From: an uncultured Clostridia bacterium
GTDB taxonomy: Bacteria; Bacillota; Clostridia; Christensenellales; UBA1242
Reading direction: 5' to 3'
Assembly (NCBI GenBank): GCA_946491735.1
Contig: CAMLYK010000002.1
Span: 1-54,439 of the forward strand
Length of the DNA: 54,439 nt
In this document: in pieces, positions 50,366 through 54,439 of the stretch
Numbering within the stretch: the stretch's first letter is position 1
Layout: every line of letters starts with the position of its first letter
Translations under genes and position numbers: made by a program
The notes under the pieces: model-generated
What the model was told of the DNA's origin: nothing
The model's database searches: none
The model's input: the letters and a program-made list of their open reading frames with translations, nothing else

Positions 50366-50460
50366 TAGTGTTCAATTCATTTGGTAAAATATGACAAATC
50401 TATAATTAGTATTTCTACATAATTTCACAAATTTTGCAAAAACTACGGTAGGAGGGAATT

Positions 50461-50640
50461 ATGAAGGAGTTAATTATAGGTATGGGAATAGGATTTGTAA
50501 TAGGAGCAATTGTATGCAAAACCAACAAACCTGTTGCTGACACTATTGAAAAAGGCGTTGAAAAAGGAAAAGAAATCATTGAAGACATCAAGGATGAAGT
50601 AAAGACTCAAACTAACAAAGCCAAAAATAAAAATCAATAA
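50461..50640 (+). CDS. Small membrane-anchored protein (59 aa, YtxH-like), absent from the ORF track
   Basis: ATG at 50461 lies 4 nt after AGGAGGG. The product is MKELIIGMGIGFVIGAIVCKTNKPVADTIEKGVEKGKEIIEDIKDEVKTQTNKAKNKNQ, with a stop at 50638-50640 followed by a terminator. Confidence 0.7.
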   Translation: MKELIIGMGIGFVIGAIVCKTNKPVADTIEKGVEKGKEIIEDIKDEVKTQTNKAKNKNQ

Positions 50641-50650
50641 TAAAATAAAA

Positions 50651-50684
50651 AATGTAACTGATTTTCTTTAGTTACATTTTTTTA
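50651..50684. terminator. Bidirectional terminator between the small ORF (+) and tRNA-Thr (-)
   Basis: 9-bp stem AATGTAACT/AGTTACATT with a 10-nt loop, flanked by an A tract upstream and a T tract downstream. Confidence 0.7.
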
Positions 50685-50714
50685 TTCAAATTTATATTTA
50701 ATTAAGAATCAATA

Positions 50715-50790
50715 TGGAGCTACTGGGCGGATTCGAACCGCCGACCTGCTGATTACGAATCAGCTGCTCTACCTGCTGAGCCACAGTAGC
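50715..50790 (-). tRNA. tRNA-Thr (anticodon CGU)
   Basis: Reverse complement reads GCTACTG TG GCTC AGCAGGTA GAGC A GCTGA TTCGTAA TCAGC AGGTC GGCGG TTCGAAT CCGCC CAGTAGC T CCA. Confidence 0.92.
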
Positions 50791-50810
50791 AAAGTAAAAT
50801 TTACTAATTT

Positions 50811-50839
50811 ATAATATCATATAATTTTTATTTTTTCAA
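50811..50839 (-). promoter_or_regulatory. Promoter for tRNA-Thr (minus strand)
   Basis: On the minus strand: TTGAAA (50839-50834), a 17-nt spacer, then TGaTATTAT (hexamer at 50816-50811). Confidence 0.55.
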
Positions 50840-50907
50840 TGATTTTAACTAATTTTTTTATTTTTAAATAGTTGCAATAATGTGTTCTTTTTGTTATTAT
50901 TATATTA

Positions 50908-52248
50908 ATGTTGGCGTTAAAAATTATTTCAATTGTTTTTCTAATACTATCATATATCATTATGACTTCAATAATGATTATTTTTGAGCGTGATAAACCT
51001 AGAAATTTAATTATTTGGACGATCGTATTTTTATTTTCTAGCATTATTGGTTATTGTATTTACATATTTTCAAGATCAATATTCTATAAAAAGAAAAAAT
51101 CTTTAATTGTAAAACAAGAAGAAGATGAGATATATTTGTCTTTAATCAAAGATGAGATTCAAAATAACGATATAGATACAAATGATGACTTGTATAGATT
51201 CAATAAAATGGCATATAATGCAAAATTAACTAAAAATAATTCTTATCAGATATTTGATCAATATAATGAATTAAAAACGGATTTGATCAGTGAAATTGAC
51301 GATGCCAAAGAATATATAATTTTTGAAATTACAAAAGTCAATAAATTTGATTTTTCTGATATTTTACAAGCTCTGATCGATAAGTCAAGACAGGGTGTAA
51401 AAATCAAATTTATTTATGATAGTTTAATCAGTAGAAAGATTTTAAAGCAGTTGAGAGATAACAAAATCAAAGTACATAGATTTAGCAAGCATAATACTAT
51501 GGGTAAAGTTTATGCGAATAAAAGAAATTTGATATCAATAGATGGCAGGATATCTTATATCTGTAATCTAGATCTAAAAAATAATCAATTGTCTGAAAAA
51601 TTTGACATAGCAGACACGTTTATAAAATTTAAAGGTGATATAGTTCAAGAAATGAACATTTCGGCTCACCAAGATGCAGTTTTTGCTGGTAATAAGTTCA
51701 TAGATTATAATGTGACAGAAGAGAATAAGATAAAAAATGATACCAAAATTCAGTATGTTGCCAATGAGTACAGCACAGATATTGAATTGTTGATTATCAA
51801 TGCAATACGACAGGCTAAGACCTCAATTCAATTGCAACTGGAAGAATTTATTCCTACTGAAAGTATTTTATCATTGTTGCGTTTTGCAATCAATTCTAAT
51901 ATCGATGTAAGATTGATGGTTCCAATTAAAACTAACATGCATAGCAAATATTTTGCATCTAGAGCGTATGCAAAAGAATTGGCTTTGATGGGTGCAAAGG
52001 TATATTTATATGACGGCTTTATTAGATTCAATGCTATAATCATTGATTCAAAATATGCGTTATTTGGCTCGTATATATTAGATCGTGAACATTTAAGCAC
52101 GGGTGTTCAAAATGTAGTCATTATTGAGGATAGTGAGGCTATTGATTATTTCAATTTGAAATTCAATGATGATGTCAACAACAGTTATCGTATCAACAAT
52201 GCTAAATATATGTTGTTGCGTGAAAAGTTTTTTAAGAATTTTGTTTAA
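50908..52248 (+). CDS. Cardiolipin synthase-like PLD-family protein with both HKD motifs degenerate
   Basis: N-terminal two-TM PLDc_N-like region (IFERDKPRNLIIWTIVFL) and two PLD-like domains. The motif positions read NKRNLISID and IRFNAIIID, where HxKxxxxD is expected. Confidence 0.75.
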   Translation: MLALKIISIVFLILSYIIMTSIMIIFERDKPRNLIIWTIVFLFSSIIGYCIYIFSRSIFYKKKKSLIVKQEEDEIYLSLIKDEIQNNDIDTNDDLYRFNKMAYNAKLTKNNSYQIFDQYNELKTDLISEIDDAKEYIIFEITKVNKFDFSDILQALIDKSRQGVKIKFIYDSLISRKILKQLRDNKIKVHRFSKHNTMGKVYANKRNLISIDGRISYICNLDLKNNQLSEKFDIADTFIKFKGDIVQEMNISAHQDAVFAGNKFIDYNVTEENKIKNDTKIQYVANEYSTDIELLIINAIRQAKTSIQLQLEEFIPTESILSLLRFAINSNIDVRLMVPIKTNMHSKYFASRAYAKELALMGAKVYLYDGFIRFNAIIIDSKYALFGSYILDREHLSTGVQNVVIIEDSEAIDYFNLKFNDDVNNSYRINNAKYMLLREKFFKNFV

Positions 52249-52265
52249 TAGGGAGATGTAATTTT

Positions 52266-53102
52266 ATGGTATTTGGTGTGGCAGGTGTCCCTACACATTA
52301 CAAAGGAAAATTGTCGGGCCTTTTTCCATGGTTGAAAGAAATGAATCTTAACGGTGTGGAAATTCAATGTACATATGGCTTTAAAATGTCCGATGAAAAC
52401 AAAAAGTTATATAAAGAGATGGGAGAAAATGGTTTTTTCTTGTCCATGCATGCACCGTATTATATCAATTTGGGTAGTTTGAATAATCAAGTGGTGGGTC
52501 GAAGCAAATCAAATATGAAAGAAGGCATAGAACTCGCAAAATCAATCGGCGTTACCAGAATAATTTTTCATCCAGGTGGAGGACATGAAAACACTATAGA
52601 GGGCAGACAACATGCAATCAAACAGTTGATTGATGCGGTCAATGAGTTCACTAGTGAAATTGATATGGTAGACGTCAGACTTTATCCCGAAATTGGAGGC
52701 AAAACAGCGAGTCTTGGTTCACTGGACGAAATCATTGAAATTTGCAAAAACTGCAAATATTGCTATCCGTGTATAGATATTGCACATCTACATGCGCGCG
52801 AGATCGGAAGTCTGACTTCAAAAGAAATATTAAAGTCCAAACTACAAAAAATCAAAGACGCTATACCTGAAAAATTTAAATACATTCATTTTCATGCATA
52901 TACTATCAATTATGGAGAAAAGGGCGAAATCAAGCATCTATATTTTGGTGATACAATGCCAGATGGTAGTGCAGGCTCGCCAAATCTTGATGATTTTATC
53001 GCTGTTTTAAAAGAAATGAATATCGAACCTTGGGTAATCAGTGAGGCATTGGATAGTCAAGAATTAAGTGCAAAATATATGCACGATTTATATGTAAAAT
53101 AA
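52266..53102 (+). CDS. Endonuclease IV-like / xylose-isomerase-like TIM-barrel protein (AP endonuclease family 2)
   Basis: MHAPYYINLGS and RIIFHPGG motifs resemble Nfo. 278 aa with a GGGAGA RBS. Confidence 0.6.
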   Translation: MVFGVAGVPTHYKGKLSGLFPWLKEMNLNGVEIQCTYGFKMSDENKKLYKEMGENGFFLSMHAPYYINLGSLNNQVVGRSKSNMKEGIELAKSIGVTRIIFHPGGGHENTIEGRQHAIKQLIDAVNEFTSEIDMVDVRLYPEIGGKTASLGSLDEIIEICKNCKYCYPCIDIAHLHAREIGSLTSKEILKSKLQKIKDAIPEKFKYIHFHAYTINYGEKGEIKHLYFGDTMPDGSAGSPNLDDFIAVLKEMNIEPWVISEALDSQELSAKYMHDLYVK

Positions 53103-53103
53103 A

Positions 53104-53940
53104 ATGCAAAAGATTGAATTTCAAATAGATAAACCAATAAAATTATCAAAAGCAGTGATAGATGAACTGCCTTTTCTTTCAAAATTTCAAATAAAAAAAT
53201 TAATTGAAAATAAGGATATCAAAATTAATTCAGTAAGAGCAAAAGAAGACTTAGAATTAAATATCGGAGATAAAGTTGTAGTATATTATAATGCAAATGA
53301 AAAACATGAGTGGTACACACCAATTTATACTGATGAAAATATTTTAATAGTCAATAAACGCTCTGGAATCGAAATCGTCAGTGAAAATGATAGAGATCTT
53401 TTATCAATTTTGAAGAAAAATTATCCAACCATCAGTCCAGTGCATAGAATTGATAGAAATACTGAAGGATTAGTGATCTTTGCGTTAAATAAAAAATCTG
53501 AAAAAGAGTTGCTGTCAGCTTTTAAAACTAGAAAGGGTATAATTAAGAAATATGCGTTATTAGTTCACGGCAGAGTAGATTTGTCAAAAGTTAAACGTAC
53601 AGTTTATTTAAAGAAAATGGAAAACTTATCAAAAGTATGGATCAGCGAAGTGAAAACAACTAGCTTTGAACCTATAATAACGGAATTTGAAGTGATACAA
53701 TATTTTGAGGATAAAACGCTTTTATCTGCCACACTTGTTACTGGAAAAACTCATCAAATTAGAGCGCATATTGCATATTATGGATATCCAATTGTTGGTG
53801 ATAATAAATATGGTAAAGATAAAGAAAAGCAGATGCATCTGACAGCCAATTTCCTGGCATTTAATTTTAACAAAAAATCAACTTTATATTATTTGAATTC
53901 TAAAAATTTTGAGATAATACCTACTTGGCTAAATCATTAA
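53104..53940 (+). CDS. RluA-family pseudouridine synthase with an N-terminal S4-like domain
   Basis: Catalytic HRIDRNTEGLVIFA and GKTHQIRAH motifs. Confidence 0.88.
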   Translation: MQKIEFQIDKPIKLSKAVIDELPFLSKFQIKKLIENKDIKINSVRAKEDLELNIGDKVVVYYNANEKHEWYTPIYTDENILIVNKRSGIEIVSENDRDLLSILKKNYPTISPVHRIDRNTEGLVIFALNKKSEKELLSAFKTRKGIIKKYALLVHGRVDLSKVKRTVYLKKMENLSKVWISEVKTTSFEPIITEFEVIQYFEDKTLLSATLVTGKTHQIRAHIAYYGYPIVGDNKYGKDKEKQMHLTANFLAFNFNKKSTLYYLNSKNFEIIPTWLNH

Positions 53941-54069
53941 TAATACAATATTTGTTAATTTAAAAACTGTCAGATTTTATTAAAAATACAAAATAATTAT
54001 GCTAATCATAATATATATTAGATTAAATGGTGTATTTTACATAAATTTGAAAAAATTAAGTAAAATTTA

Positions 54070-54098
54070 TTGACATTTATTTAATCTTATAGTAAAAT
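54070..54098 (+). promoter_or_regulatory. Promoter for the downstream tRNA cluster
   Basis: TTGACA (54070-54075), a 17-nt spacer, then TAAAAT (54093-54098). It lies about 20 nt upstream of tRNA-Pro. Confidence 0.65.
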
Positions 54099-54117
54099 TT
54101 AATCATACCGTGTGTAT

Positions 54118-54193
54118 CGGGGTGTAGCGCAGTTGGTAGCGCACGTGATTTGGGATCATGGGGCCGGGGGTTCGAGTCCCTTCACCCCGACCA
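54118..54193 (+). tRNA. tRNA-Pro (anticodon UGG)
   Basis: Acceptor is CGGGGTG/CACCCCG, anticodon stem CGTGA/TCATG with loop TTTGGGA, T-loop TTCGAGT, and CCA is encoded. Confidence 0.9.
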
Positions 54194-54197
54194 ATGG

Positions 54198-54274
54198 GGG
54201 CCTTTAGCTCAGTTGGTTAGAGCAACCGGCTCATAACCGGTCGGTCCGCGGTTCAAGTCCGTGAAGGCCCACCA
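54198..54274 (+). tRNA. tRNA with CAU anticodon, probably tRNA-Ile2 (lysidine type) rather than elongator or initiator Met
   Basis: Acceptor is GGGCCTT/AAGGCCC, D arm GCTC AGTTGGTTA GAGC, and anticodon stem ACCGG/CCGGT with loop CTCATAA. The Ile-like acceptor and D arm resemble Bacillus tRNA-Ile(CAU) as I recall it. Pair 1-72 is a normal G-C, so it is not an initiator. Confidence 0.6.
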
Positions 54275-54303
54275 GCCGTGATGGCACTTCTTCTATATAT
54301 ATT

Positions 54304-54380
54304 GGCCCGATAGCTCAGTTGGTTAGAGCGCCAGCCTGTCACGCTGGAGGTCGTGGGTTCGAGCCCCATTCGGGTCGCCA
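54304..54380 (+). tRNA. tRNA-Asp (anticodon GUC)
   Basis: Acceptor is GGCCCGA/TCGGGTC, anticodon loop CTGTCAC, T-loop TTCGAGC, and CCA is encoded. Confidence 0.9.
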
Positions 54381-54385
54381 ATAAT

Positions 54386-54439
54386 GCCTCGATAGCTCAG
54401 TCGGTAGAGCAAAGGACTGAAAATCCTTGTGTCACTGGT
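54386..54439 (+). tRNA. tRNA-Phe (anticodon GAA), truncated by the window end
   Basis: GCCTCGA TA GCTC AGTCGGTA GAGC A AAGGA CTGAAAA TCCTT ... The sequence stops within the T arm. Confidence 0.85.

Overview
This is an AT-rich chromosomal segment, roughly 30% GC by eye, from a low-GC Bacillota or Mollicutes-like bacterium with a compact genome. The genetic code is standard: TGA acts as a stop at the coupled junctions rimM/trmD and rbgA/rnhB. Nearly every gene is housekeeping and on the + strand. tRNA genes sit at both ends (Val, Gly, Cys, Leu at the left; Pro, CAT, Asp and a partial Phe at the right), and one tRNA-Thr is on the minus strand. The coding genes are:
- a small accessory-looking block: a frameshifted zinc-ribbon gene, an ABC exporter pair, two hypotheticals, a DUF4364 protein and a YlbJ-like protein
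- a patatin-like lipase, pta-ackA, rpmF, a SAM methyltransferase, plsX-rnc and two tandem PH-domain membrane paralogs
- rpoZ-priA-def-fmt-rlmN-rpe-rsmE-mtaB(+HIT), rpsU and pcrA-ligA
- smc-ftsY-ylxM-ffh-rpsP-KH-rimM-trmD, rbgA-rnhB-yraN, a hypothetical gene and rplS
- yifB-dprA-topA-trmFO-hslVU, tcdA, a thioredoxin, nifS plus an IscU-like gene, a 59-aa small ORF, a cls-like gene, an nfo-like gene and an rluA-family gene.

I found no IS element, prophage, CRISPR array or recognisable defence system, and I cannot point to a clear novel multi-gene system. The items most worth follow-up are:
- a roughly 300-nt hairpin-rich spacer inside the Cys-Leu tRNA operon. It contains a duplicated, hairpin-interrupted 5' half of tRNA-Leu.
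- a cardiolipin-synthase homolog in which both HKD motifs have lost His and Lys
- an IscU-like protein that lacks two of the three cluster-ligand cysteines
- an MtaB-HIT read-through fusion that keeps an internal Shine-Dalgarno sequence and ATG
- a T8-tract frameshift in a small zinc-ribbon gene
- four genes whose ATG lies 6-8 nt after a -10 box (extended TGn type in three), which suggests leaderless mRNAs.

All calls were made by eye from the sequence and the ORF track. No searches were run.
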